From the NCBI GenBank assembly GCA_022708505.1, contig JAKIYP010000002.1, positions 5,014 through 69,013 on the forward strand: a DNA stretch of 64,000 bases, given 5' to 3'. The notes under the pieces are model-generated. The model made no database searches. It was not told the origin of the DNA and saw only the letters and a list, made by a program, of their open reading frames with translations. Position numbers and translations under genes: made by a program. Below are positions 28,774-37,167 of the stretch, piece after piece. Source of the stretch: Bacteroidota bacterium (lineage in GTDB: Bacteria; Bacteroidota; Bacteroidia; Bacteroidales; Paludibacteraceae). Numbering within the stretch: position 1 is the stretch's first letter; every line of letters starts with the position of its first letter.

Positions 28774-31581
28774 TCAACGGATTACTTTAAAGGTTTTAAC
28801 TGAACTGTGGGGAGTTGCAGAAACTGTTTCAACAGACACATCACCATGCAGGTAAGATGCCACTTCAGCAGCAGCACAACCGGCAGATAGGATTGAGTCC
28901 GGAATATCTTTTGGTCCTGATGCAGCGCCTGCAACAAAAACTCCCGGGATATTGGTCTGTGCCGGATTAGTCAGTTCATCCGGCTGCATCACGAAACTAA
29001 ACCGGTCGAGTTCCAATCGTTGAGCCGTGAACATATCCGGTATTTTTTTATTGGGAACAACCCCGGTCGAAAGTACCACCAAATCATGTTTCGATTCCTT
29101 CACGATGCCTTTGGTGATGTCTTCGTAACGTAAAATCAAATCGCCCGATCCGTTTTCATTTTCACGGATGGAAGCTACTTTACCTTTAACAAAATTCACT
29201 CCCATAGATTTGGATTCACGGAAAAACTCTTCGTAACCTTTGCCAAACGCTCGGATATCAATATAATAAATCGTGATATCAGCCATGGGTAGTGCACCCA
29301 TCAGCAACTGAGCCTGTTTGATGGAATACATGCAGCAAATCTGGGAACAAATGGGATTGTTGGCGCAATCGCTTCCGCAGCCTCCATTTTCGATGGATGA
29401 ATCACGGGAACCGGTACAAAGTACGTAAGCGATATTGTCGGGTACTTTGCCATCGCCCGGTCGCAGCAGACTGTTAAAGGGACGTGTCGGAGCAATGAGA
29501 CGATCCATTTGCATGGAATCAATCACGTTCGGATATTGATTATAGCCATATTGTGGTTTGCCGCTGGGCGGAAACAGACTATAACCCGTTGCCAGCACAA
29601 CAGCACGTGCTTTCAGTTTTTCTCTGATGATTTTCTGAGAAAAATCTATGGCGTTCGAAGGACAAGCCGCCACACATTGATGACATTCCCGGCAGTTGCT
29701 GCAATCTAAACAGCGATTGGTCGCTTCTTTGAGTTGTGCTTCCGTATATACTTTTTCCACTTCCTCCCACTGTTTGCCACGGGCACGGGCATCCAGCAAC
29801 ACTGGTTCAACAGGGAGTTTTAGTCCTCCCTTGTATTTTTTGATGATGGGTTCTTTGTTGACAGCCGGGAGTTTATCACCATCCTCAAAATCATGCATAT
29901 CCAACCCACGTAGCAACTTATCCATGTAGAATGCAGCTTTGCGACCCTGACCGGCTGCTTCGATGAGTGTTGTAGCACCGGTTGTTGAGTCACCACCTGC
30001 AAAAATATAATCCACATTGGTCTGTAAAGTTTTCGCATCAGCTTTGATGGTACCATTTTTATTCATTTCCACCTGTCCCGCAAAAGGCGCTGTAGTGGGT
30101 TTCAACCCGATGGCTTCGATTACGTAATCAACCGGTTCGGCATACTCAGAACCATTAACGGCTTCGGTGGTTCGGCGTCCATCACTTCCTTTCTCGCCCA
30201 ACTTCATCTTAGTAAGCTGAACTGCTGATATCCGACCATTCGTTCCGATATACTTCACCGGATTGCGCAACACCCGTATTTCAACGCCTTCTTCTTCCGC
30301 TTCCCGTATTTCCGGTTCAAAACAAGGCATTTCTTCCCGGCTTCTTCTGTAAATAACCGAAACCGAAGCTGCCCCACAACGTAAGGCTGTGCGCGCTGCA
30401 TCAATGGCTGTGTTTCCTCCTCCGATTACCATGACTTTCTTGCCCGTGAGGTCTTCCTTTTTGCCGATATTCGCTTCGCGAAGAAAATCCATGCAACCTA
30501 CCACACCATCGAGGTCGCAACCTTCGATATTGGATTTTGTGCTTACATGGGTGCCGACTCCTACAAAAACCAGATCGAAACCAGCTGCTTTCAGACCATG
30601 CAAATCATCAATTTTACGATTACACTGAATTTCTACCCCTACCGCAGTTACATTTTGCACATCACGATCTACGACATCTTTCGGCGCACGATACTCCGGA
30701 AGAGCCAGTCGCAACATCCCTCCTGCCCCGGGTGCTGCTTCAAAAATGGTAACCTGATGTCCTTTCAGCGCTAAATGATAGGCGCAGGTTAATCCGGCCG
30801 GACCGGAACCTACAACAGCGACTTTCTTTCCTGTTTTTTCTTTGATCTCAACTGCTGGCGCTTCAGGATATTTTTCATAATACCAATCCACGAAATATCT
30901 TTTGATGCGACGGATATCCACGCCACCTTCAAGCGAAGCACGACTACATGCATTTTCACAGGGAGCATAACAGGCACGTCCCAGACTGCCCGGGAAAGGA
31001 ATATCTTCGAGGTGCAGTTTCATGGCTTCTTCATACTGACCATTTCGTGCCAGTGTGATGTAACCATAAGGTTTCACACCACCCGGACATTCGTTGATAC
31101 AGGGAGCTGAATGTCCCTGACGGTCGATGGTGGCAATCCGGGGATTGGCTAAGTTGAATGGGATATAGGCAACTTTTCGGCCGGCAAGATGCGTATTATA
31201 TTCATCGCTGCGGACTTCCGGACAAACTATCTCACACTCGCCGCAGCCCGTACAATCCTTCTGAATTACATACCGGGGTTGTTGGGTAATTTCAATATCG
31301 AAATCGTCCTGCGATTTTACTACGCTATTCACCTCGCTGTTGAGCATCAGGGTTATATTCGGGTGACGTGCAGTCTCCGACATCTTGGGTGTCGTGATAC
31401 AGGCTGCGCAGTCGAGCGTGGGAAACACCTTGCTCAACTGAATCATCTTGCCGCCGATGGAAAGACCTTTTTCCACCAACAACACTTTTTTGCCCATGTC
31501 AGCAAGGTTCAATGCCGTTTCCTGTCCGGCAATACCACCCCCGATGACCATCGCATCATACGTTATTTCTTGATTCTTCAT
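28774..31581 (-). CDS. HdrA-family flavoprotein with inserted GltD/NfnA-like NAD(P)H oxidoreductase module (HdrL-like)
   Basis: GGGIAG, FPTLDCAAC; insert carries GRACYAPCENAC, GSGPAG, GGGNTAID, YRRS; returns to HdrA LCTGSRD..ICSQICC. Confidence 0.88.
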   Translation of the reverse strand: MKNQEITYDAMVIGGGIAGQETALNLADMGKKVLLVEKGLSIGGKMIQLSKVFPTLDCAACITTPKMSETARHPNITLMLNSEVNSVVKSQDDFDIEITQQPRYVIQKDCTGCGECEIVCPEVRSDEYNTHLAGRKVAYIPFNLANPRIATIDRQGHSAPCINECPGGVKPYGYITLARNGQYEEAMKLHLEDIPFPGSLGRACYAPCENACSRASLEGGVDIRRIKRYFVDWYYEKYPEAPAVEIKEKTGKKVAVVGSGPAGLTCAYHLALKGHQVTIFEAAPGAGGMLRLALPEYRAPKDVVDRDVQNVTAVGVEIQCNRKIDDLHGLKAAGFDLVFVGVGTHVSTKSNIEGCDLDGVVGCMDFLREANIGKKEDLTGKKVMVIGGGNTAIDAARTALRCGAASVSVIYRRSREEMPCFEPEIREAEEEGVEIRVLRNPVKYIGTNGRISAVQLTKMKLGEKGSDGRRTTEAVNGSEYAEPVDYVIEAIGLKPTTAPFAGQVEMNKNGTIKADAKTLQTNVDYIFAGGDSTTGATTLIEAAGQGRKAAFYMDKLLRGLDMHDFEDGDKLPAVNKEPIIKKYKGGLKLPVEPVLLDARARGKQWEEVEKVYTEAQLKEATNRCLDCSNCRECHQCVAACPSNAIDFSQKIIREKLKARAVVLATGYSLFPPSGKPQYGYNQYPNVIDSMQMDRLIAPTRPFNSLLRPGDGKVPDNIAYVLCTGSRDSSIENGGCGSDCANNPICSQICCMYSIKQAQLLMGALPMADITIYYIDIRAFGKGYEEFFRESKSMGVNFVKGKVASIRENENGSGDLILRYEDITKGIVKESKHDLVVLSTGVVPNKKIPDMFTAQRLELDRFSFVMQPDELTNPAQTNIPGVFVAGAASGPKDIPDSILSAGCAAAEVASYLHGDVSVETVSATPHSSVKTFKVIR

Positions 31582-31625
31582 ATATCAACTGTACAAAATT
31601 CCCGGATTTAACCGGGTAAGGGTAA

Positions 31626-32024
31626 TTATTCTTCTATGGCAGAGAGGATTTTGCCGAAATTTTCCATGTGATTCATAAAGGGTTCGGCACAAACAGAGCA
31701 TAAGGCTGCCATGCGCACCCGTTTCGGACTGATATTTTTGGCTTTCATCAGTTCCTGTGAGCTTTCAACAATGGTATTGGTATGCTCGGCACATCGGCTA
31801 CTGTATGAGCATTCATGGCCATCGGCTGCGATAAAAACCCCATCGAAACCACTTTCAAGCGCATGTAAAATCCAGCGGGGTTTGATGCCTGATGAACAGG
31901 GCAGGCTAATCACATACACCGATGGTGCATAGTGCATCTTTTTCAATCCCGCCTGATCTATGCCCGGGTCGGAGATTTTTTCCGTGGAAAAGACGAGAAT
32001 TTTGGGGGATAGTTTGTTATCCAT
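31626..32024 (-). CDS. MvhD/FlpD-like iron-sulfur subunit
   Basis: GIDQAG, LPCSSG, ALESGFDGVFI, ECSY, CSVC. Confidence 0.8.
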   Translation of the reverse strand: MDNKLSPKILVFSTEKISDPGIDQAGLKKMHYAPSVYVISLPCSSGIKPRWILHALESGFDGVFIAADGHECSYSSRCAEHTNTIVESSQELMKAKNISPKRVRMAALCSVCAEPFMNHMENFGKILSAIEE

Positions 32025-32041
32025 GGTTATTGATTTTACCT

Positions 32042-32074
32042 AAACCTGTCAGGTTTTTGAAACCTGACAGGTTT
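32042..32074. repeat. second copy of the ACCTGTCAGGT double palindrome
   Basis: AAACCTGTCAGGTTT-TTG-AAACCTGACAGGTTT. Confidence 0.9.
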
Positions 32075-32081
32075 GATTAAA

Positions 32082-32330
32082 CTATTCCTTCCGTAAAAAC
32101 AAACGGCTGAAGCTATCTTCATCCACAAAACCAAGGTATTCATGACCTACCTTTTCGCACCAGCGGGGAATATCGCTTTTTGTTCCTTCGTCGGCCGAAA
32201 GAATTTCCATGATTTCACCTGATTCGATATCGCCAATGGCTTTTTTTGCGGCCAACAACGGACCCGGACAAGCGGTTCCACGGGCATCTACTACTAAATC
32301 TGATTGGAGGTTTTTTAATTCTTCTGACAT
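32082..32330 (-). CDS. tusA: TusA/SirA family sulfur carrier
   Basis: VDARGTACPGP, DIPRWC; start at MSEEL. Confidence 0.9.
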   Translation of the reverse strand: MSEELKNLQSDLVVDARGTACPGPLLAAKKAIGDIESGEIMEILSADEGTKSDIPRWCEKVGHEYLGFVDEDSFSRLFLRKE

Positions 32331-32372
32331 AATTTTATTTTTACTTTGATGATTAATATTGGTATTTATATT

Positions 32373-32397
32373 GTCTGGAGTCTGGAGTCTGGAGACT
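32373..32397. repeat. (GTCTGGA)3 GACT heptamer array abutting the dsrE-like stop codon
   Basis: Read directly. Confidence 0.85.
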
Positions 32398-32964
32398 TTA
32401 AATAAACAACTGCATGGCGCTTTCCCCGGCATCAGCCACAAAGGTTCCTGCACCAGCATACCGTAAATTAGGATAATCGATAAACTCTTCGCGCTTGAAA
32501 CCCATCAAATCCATAGACATCTCACATACCGTTATTTCGATGCCTAATTCACAGGCCTGTTGGAACATTTCATCTAATGAAAGGACATTTTTCTTTTTCA
32601 TGAGCATCTTAATCATCATGGGTCCCATGCCTGCCATGTTCATGTTCGATAGTTTCAGTTTATTCTTTCCTTTAGGAAGCATCATGCCAAACATCTTCGA
32701 AATAAAATCTTTACCGGCAGCTTTTTTCTTTTTATCCCGTAAAGCTGATAAGGCCCAGAAGGAAAAGAAAATTTTCACCTTGGTATCCATAGCTGCAGCA
32801 GCCAATGAAATAATCATGGCAGCCAGTATCTTATCCATATCGCCGGATATCAGGGCAATTGAAAGCTGATCTTTACGGTTGTTCTCTATTTTACTTACTT
32901 TCTTTTGCAGTTTTTCAAGGTCTTTCTGCAGTTGTTCCATTGTAAGGGTTGTTTCGTTTTCCAT
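32398..32964 (-). CDS. DsrE/DsrF/DrsH-like (DrsE_2) sulfur relay protein
   Basis: SGDMDK, FFSFWAL, LSNMNMAGMG, VCEMSMDLMG; start at MENETT. Confidence 0.88.
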   Translation of the reverse strand: MENETTLTMEQLQKDLEKLQKKVSKIENNRKDQLSIALISGDMDKILAAMIISLAAAAMDTKVKIFFSFWALSALRDKKKKAAGKDFISKMFGMMLPKGKNKLKLSNMNMAGMGPMMIKMLMKKKNVLSLDEMFQQACELGIEITVCEMSMDLMGFKREEFIDYPNLRYAGAGTFVADAGESAMQLFI

Positions 32965-33057
32965 GATGAATGTTTTATTGGGTTGATGAACTGCACAAAT
33001 GTAGGCGGTTTTATGTTGAAAAAATGTAAAATTGTTGTGGGAGTACATACATAGTTT

Positions 33058-33073
33058 TGTGATATTCGTCACA
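33058..33073. promoter_or_regulatory. CRP-type palindrome TGTGA-N6-TCACA
   Basis: TGTGATATTCGTCACA between divergent dsrE-like and crp/fnr genes. Confidence 0.75.
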
Positions 33074-33102
33074 TTGTATATATTTGCAAAAAAATCAGGT
33101 GT

Positions 33103-33780
33103 ATGGAATCAGATTGCAGCTTATGTCCTTATATATCAGTCGCGGAAGCCAAATTGGATGGCTGCCAGCTGAAACAACTGAGTGAGAATCACATTGTGGT
33201 GGGTTTCAAAAAGGGGGATTCCATCATCAAACAAGGCACCTACTCTACGAATATTATCTTCCTGCGGAAGGGGTTGGTGAAGATACACATCACCGGTCCG
33301 TACAGCGAGCAAATCGTAAAATTAGCAAAACCTCCAACTTATCTCGGACTGCCAACTACCTTCGGAGCAAAGGTCAATCAATATTCGATTACTGCCCTCG
33401 AAGACTGCGAAGTCTGTTTCATCGACATCACTGTATTTCGTAACCTACTGAAAGAGAGCGAACATTTCTCTTATGAAATCATTCAGGCCTTGTGTCGCTA
33501 TGAAATAGAATCCTTCAGAAGGTGCGCAAATCGTACACAAAAACTCACCCGTGGAAATCTGGCGGATGTTTTACTTGATTTTGCCAATAATATTTTTCAG
33601 TCTGATGTGTTTATCGTACCTATCTCCCAGACTGAAATCGGGAATTTAATCGACACCAGCCGTGAAAGTGTCAGCCGCATGTTATCCGAATTTGAAAAAG
33701 ACGGTATCATCCGCACGACAGGCAAACAAATGGAAATCATCAATAAAAAATCTTTAGAACTTATCAGTCAGAACGGCTGA
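33103..33780 (+). CDS. Crp/Fnr family transcriptional regulator
   Basis: cNMP-binding domain, HTH with SRESVSR, Cys-rich N-terminus (CSLC). Confidence 0.92.
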   Translation: MESDCSLCPYISVAEAKLDGCQLKQLSENHIVVGFKKGDSIIKQGTYSTNIIFLRKGLVKIHITGPYSEQIVKLAKPPTYLGLPTTFGAKVNQYSITALEDCEVCFIDITVFRNLLKESEHFSYEIIQALCRYEIESFRRCANRTQKLTRGNLADVLLDFANNIFQSDVFIVPISQTEIGNLIDTSRESVSRMLSEFEKDGIIRTTGKQMEIINKKSLELISQNG

Positions 33781-33788
33781 ACAAATAC

Positions 33789-34589
33789 ATGGAAATCTTT
33801 CAACGAACAGCTTTACTATTAGGGCAACCCTATCTTGAGAAAGCAGCTAATACGAGGGTAATTCTTTTTGGTATCGGCGGTGTGGGCAGCTGGTGTGCCG
33901 AAGCCCTGATTCGGGCAGGCATTGGACACCTGACAATGGTCGATTCGGATGTGGTTAGTGTTACCAACATCAACCGGCAATTGCCTGCCTCAACAAAAAC
34001 GGTTGGAAAACCCAAAATTGAGGTATTAAAAGAAAGATTATTAGAAATCAATCCCGATGCCAACATTATCGGATTGCAGGAAATTTACAGTCCGGAAACC
34101 TGCGAATCATTTGCACTTAACACCTACGATTTCATCATCGATGCCATCGACAGTCTATCGAATAAAGTCCACCTGATACAACAAGCAACCAAAACCAACG
34201 CCGTTTTCTTTTCTTCGATGGGTGCGGCCCTGAAAACTGACCCTACCCGAATCAAAGTGACTGAATTCTGGAAAGTGAATGGTTGTCCCCTTGCCGCTGC
34301 CCTACGCAGTCGTATCCGCAAATTAGGTGGCATCGGCAAAAAATTTCTTTGTGTGTACAGCGATGAAATCTTCCCAAACCAAGGTGAAGGTCCTGATAGT
34401 AAAGGCAAAATGGATTCAATAATGGGAGAAGATGCCAGTTCAGCATCAAACAACAAATCGCAAAAACCTATTATGACCGGTCAAAACTGGGACAGCAAAA
34501 AAGCCAGCATTAATGGAACAGTGAGCTACATGCCGGCGATGTTTGGGATGACCATCGCGGGGTTGGTGACGCGGGAATTAATGAAATAA
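33789..34589 (+). CDS. tcdA: ThiF family tRNA threonylcarbamoyladenosine dehydratase
   Basis: GIGGVGSW, TNINRQ, IDAID, SMGAA, CPLA. Confidence 0.85.
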   Translation: MEIFQRTALLLGQPYLEKAANTRVILFGIGGVGSWCAEALIRAGIGHLTMVDSDVVSVTNINRQLPASTKTVGKPKIEVLKERLLEINPDANIIGLQEIYSPETCESFALNTYDFIIDAIDSLSNKVHLIQQATKTNAVFFSSMGAALKTDPTRIKVTEFWKVNGCPLAAALRSRIRKLGGIGKKFLCVYSDEIFPNQGEGPDSKGKMDSIMGEDASSASNNKSQKPIMTGQNWDSKKASINGTVSYMPAMFGMTIAGLVTRELMK

Positions 34590-34600
34590 CCTGATTTTAG

Positions 34601-34637
34601 GGGAGATTGCCACGTCGCTTTGCTCCTCGCAATGACG
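34601..34637 (-). repeat. CGTC-type REP-like element
   Basis: Reverse complement CGTCATTGCGAGGAGCAAAGCGACGTGGCAATCTCCC differs at 2 positions from 61873-61909. Confidence 0.88.
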
Positions 34638-34638
34638 A

Positions 34639-36972
34639 TTAATCCAGCACCTCAAGCTTAGCAAACTTCAACAACAGCGATTTCACGCCTTTTTCGCCAA
34701 AATCGATGTCGGCTTTTTCGTTGGCGCCGGTCATGCTGACCGACAGCACCTTCCCGATGCCGAACAATTGATGCTTTACAAATTTACCAACAGGTATGGT
34801 TGGCGTAAAGTTTTCATCAGAAACTGCATGTCCGCTTGGTCGGATTTTGGTTAATTTCTTTGGTGATGGAGGTGGCATCGAAGGTATTTCCGGTTGCTGA
34901 TAACTTTGTTTTGGAGTATAAGTCCGTTGCGCCCGGTGTCCGAAATTTCGGAAACCTCCCTGAAAATCATCATCATCATCAAAAAATGAGGATTTACTTT
35001 TTACCTGAGAATCAGCAGGATGATCGAGGTAAGCAGGATCAATATCCTTGATAAAACGGCTCGGATTGGCAAAGTTTACCTGTCCGTTCTTGAAGCGCGA
35101 CTTGGCATAGGTAATAAAACAACGCTCTTCAGCCCGGGTAATGGCCACATAAAACAACCTGCGTTCCTCTTCCAATTCCCTGGCGCTGTCCATCGCGAAA
35201 GTTGATGGAAACAATTCTTCTTCCATGCCGACGACAAATACCACTTTGAATTCAAGTCCTTTCGCGGCATGAACCGTCATCATTGTAACTTTATCTTCAT
35301 CCGCATTTTTATCTGTATCCTGATCGGTAAGCAAAGAAACTTCCGCCAGAAAATCAACCAACAGCGAAGGTTCATTATTATTGGTTTTTATCTCGCAAAA
35401 TTCATGGATGGCATTCAGCAATTCCTGCACATTCTCCCTTCTGCTCATGCTTTCAGGAGAATTATCGGTATAAGTATCGCTGATGATGCCGGTTGTTTTG
35501 ATAATCGTATCCACCAACTGATAGGCATCTAACACTTCCCGCTGTTCGGCAAATACCCGGATCATCTCCCTGAATTTGGTCAGCTTGGTCGCAGTTCCTG
35601 CATTTACAGGCAAATTATATTTCAGGATATCGCCCATCACTTCCCAGGCGGTAACTCCATGCAACAAGGCACATTCCAGCACTTTGTTCACCGTAGTATC
35701 CCCTATTCCCCGGGCAGGTGTGTTGATGATGCGTTTCAGCGCTTCTTCATCCGACGGATTACAAACAAGCCGGCAATACGCGATCACGTCTTTGATTTCC
35801 TTGCGCTGATAGAAAGACAAGCCGCCATAAATCCGATAAGGAATCAGGCATTTACGAAGTTGATCTTCCAATACCCGCGATTGGGCATTGGTACGATATA
35901 ACACCGCTATTTGCTGATAAAGATAGTTCTCAGATTCTTTCAGGTCTTTAATATATTCCGCTACAACTGCACCTTCCTCAAAATCAGAATACAGCTGCAT
36001 GACCTTAATTTTCTCCCCTTCTGCCTTTTCTGAGTAAACGGTTTTGGGAATGCGGTGCTCGTTTTTATCAATCAGACTGTTCGCGGCATTCACGATGGTC
36101 TGCGTGGAACGGTAGTTACGCTCCAGCTTGAAAACCTGCGTCGACTGATAATTGTTTTTAAACTGCAGGATATTGTCAATATTCGCTCCGCGGAAGGAAT
36201 AAATGCTCTGTGCATCGTCGCCCACCACGCAAATTCGTTCGTGTTGTTCCGACAGCTTTTTGATTATCAGGTATTGCGCGTAGTTGGTATCCTGATATTC
36301 ATCCACTAAAATATAATTGAAATGCTCCCGGTACTTTTGCAGCACCTCCGGAAAATCACGAAATAATATATTCGTTTGCAACAGCAAATCGTCAAAATCC
36401 ATGGCATCGGCCTGTTTACATTTTTCTGTATAGATTTTATACACCTCATGTAAACGCGGTACCCGGGCATGCATATCCGAACGAACCATATCCGCATTTC
36501 CGGCATAAGCGCCGGGGGTAATCAGATTATTTTTAGCTGCTGAAATACGACTATGCACAAAACCGGGTCTGTAAATCTTTTCGTCCAGTTTCAGGCCCTT
36601 AATGATGGATTTAATCAACGAATTAGAATCAGAAGAATCGTAAATCGTGAAGTTTTTCGTGAAGCCAAGTTTATCCGCTTCCGCCCTTAAAATCCGTGAG
36701 AAAACCGAGTGAAAAGTCCCCATCCACAAATAACGGGCAATGCGCTCCCCCACCAGTTCGGCTATCCTGTTCTTCATTTCGCGGGCGGCTTTGTTGGTGA
36801 AAGTCAGGGCAAGTATAGAAGAAGGCGCCAGTCCTTTTTTGAGCAAATAAGCAATTTTGTAGGTCAGCACGCGCGTTTTACCCGATCCGGCACCCGCGAT
36901 GATAAGCGATGCTCCGTCAGAAAATTCCACGGCTTCGCGCTGACTATCGTTCAGTTCGTCTAAAAACTTCAT
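34639..36972 (-). CDS. UvrD/PcrA SF1 DNA helicase
   Basis: AGAGSGKT, DEYQD, VGDDAQSIY, NYRST, HAAKGLEF, YVAITRA. Confidence 0.95.
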   Translation of the reverse strand: MKFLDELNDSQREAVEFSDGASLIIAGAGSGKTRVLTYKIAYLLKKGLAPSSILALTFTNKAAREMKNRIAELVGERIARYLWMGTFHSVFSRILRAEADKLGFTKNFTIYDSSDSNSLIKSIIKGLKLDEKIYRPGFVHSRISAAKNNLITPGAYAGNADMVRSDMHARVPRLHEVYKIYTEKCKQADAMDFDDLLLQTNILFRDFPEVLQKYREHFNYILVDEYQDTNYAQYLIIKKLSEQHERICVVGDDAQSIYSFRGANIDNILQFKNNYQSTQVFKLERNYRSTQTIVNAANSLIDKNEHRIPKTVYSEKAEGEKIKVMQLYSDFEEGAVVAEYIKDLKESENYLYQQIAVLYRTNAQSRVLEDQLRKCLIPYRIYGGLSFYQRKEIKDVIAYCRLVCNPSDEEALKRIINTPARGIGDTTVNKVLECALLHGVTAWEVMGDILKYNLPVNAGTATKLTKFREMIRVFAEQREVLDAYQLVDTIIKTTGIISDTYTDNSPESMSRRENVQELLNAIHEFCEIKTNNNEPSLLVDFLAEVSLLTDQDTDKNADEDKVTMMTVHAAKGLEFKVVFVVGMEEELFPSTFAMDSARELEEERRLFYVAITRAEERCFITYAKSRFKNGQVNFANPSRFIKDIDPAYLDHPADSQVKSKSSFFDDDDDFQGGFRNFGHRAQRTYTPKQSYQQPEIPSMPPPSPKKLTKIRPSGHAVSDENFTPTIPVGKFVKHQLFGIGKVLSVSMTGANEKADIDFGEKGVKSLLLKFAKLEVLD

Positions 36973-37167
36973 GAAAAGAGAAATATATGCTGATAATTGT
37001 GGACAAAAGTACAAATAAAACAGGAGCTGTCAGCATGAAATTTCGGGAATTTATGAACACTGCAAGCCAAATAAAAACATCAGCTGATAAAAAAAGTGAA
37101 AAACGGAGGTCAGGTTGAACAAAGCTATTACTTTCGCCATTTGAATTACATGCTGAAAAATCAGTTT

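Noticed and set aside
25710-32024. Methanogen-type CoM-CoB heterodisulfide reductase or dissimilatory sulfate reduction
   Set aside because: No HdrB (CCG domain), AprAB or DsrAB in the window, and the host context is Bacteroidales.
28774-32024. Selenocysteine recoding in HdrA/MvhD
   Set aside because: The ORFs are continuous with no in-frame TGA at expected Cys positions.
33789-34589. ThiF protein as part of the sulfur-relay system
   Set aside because: It looks like ordinary TcdA; adjacency alone is insufficient.
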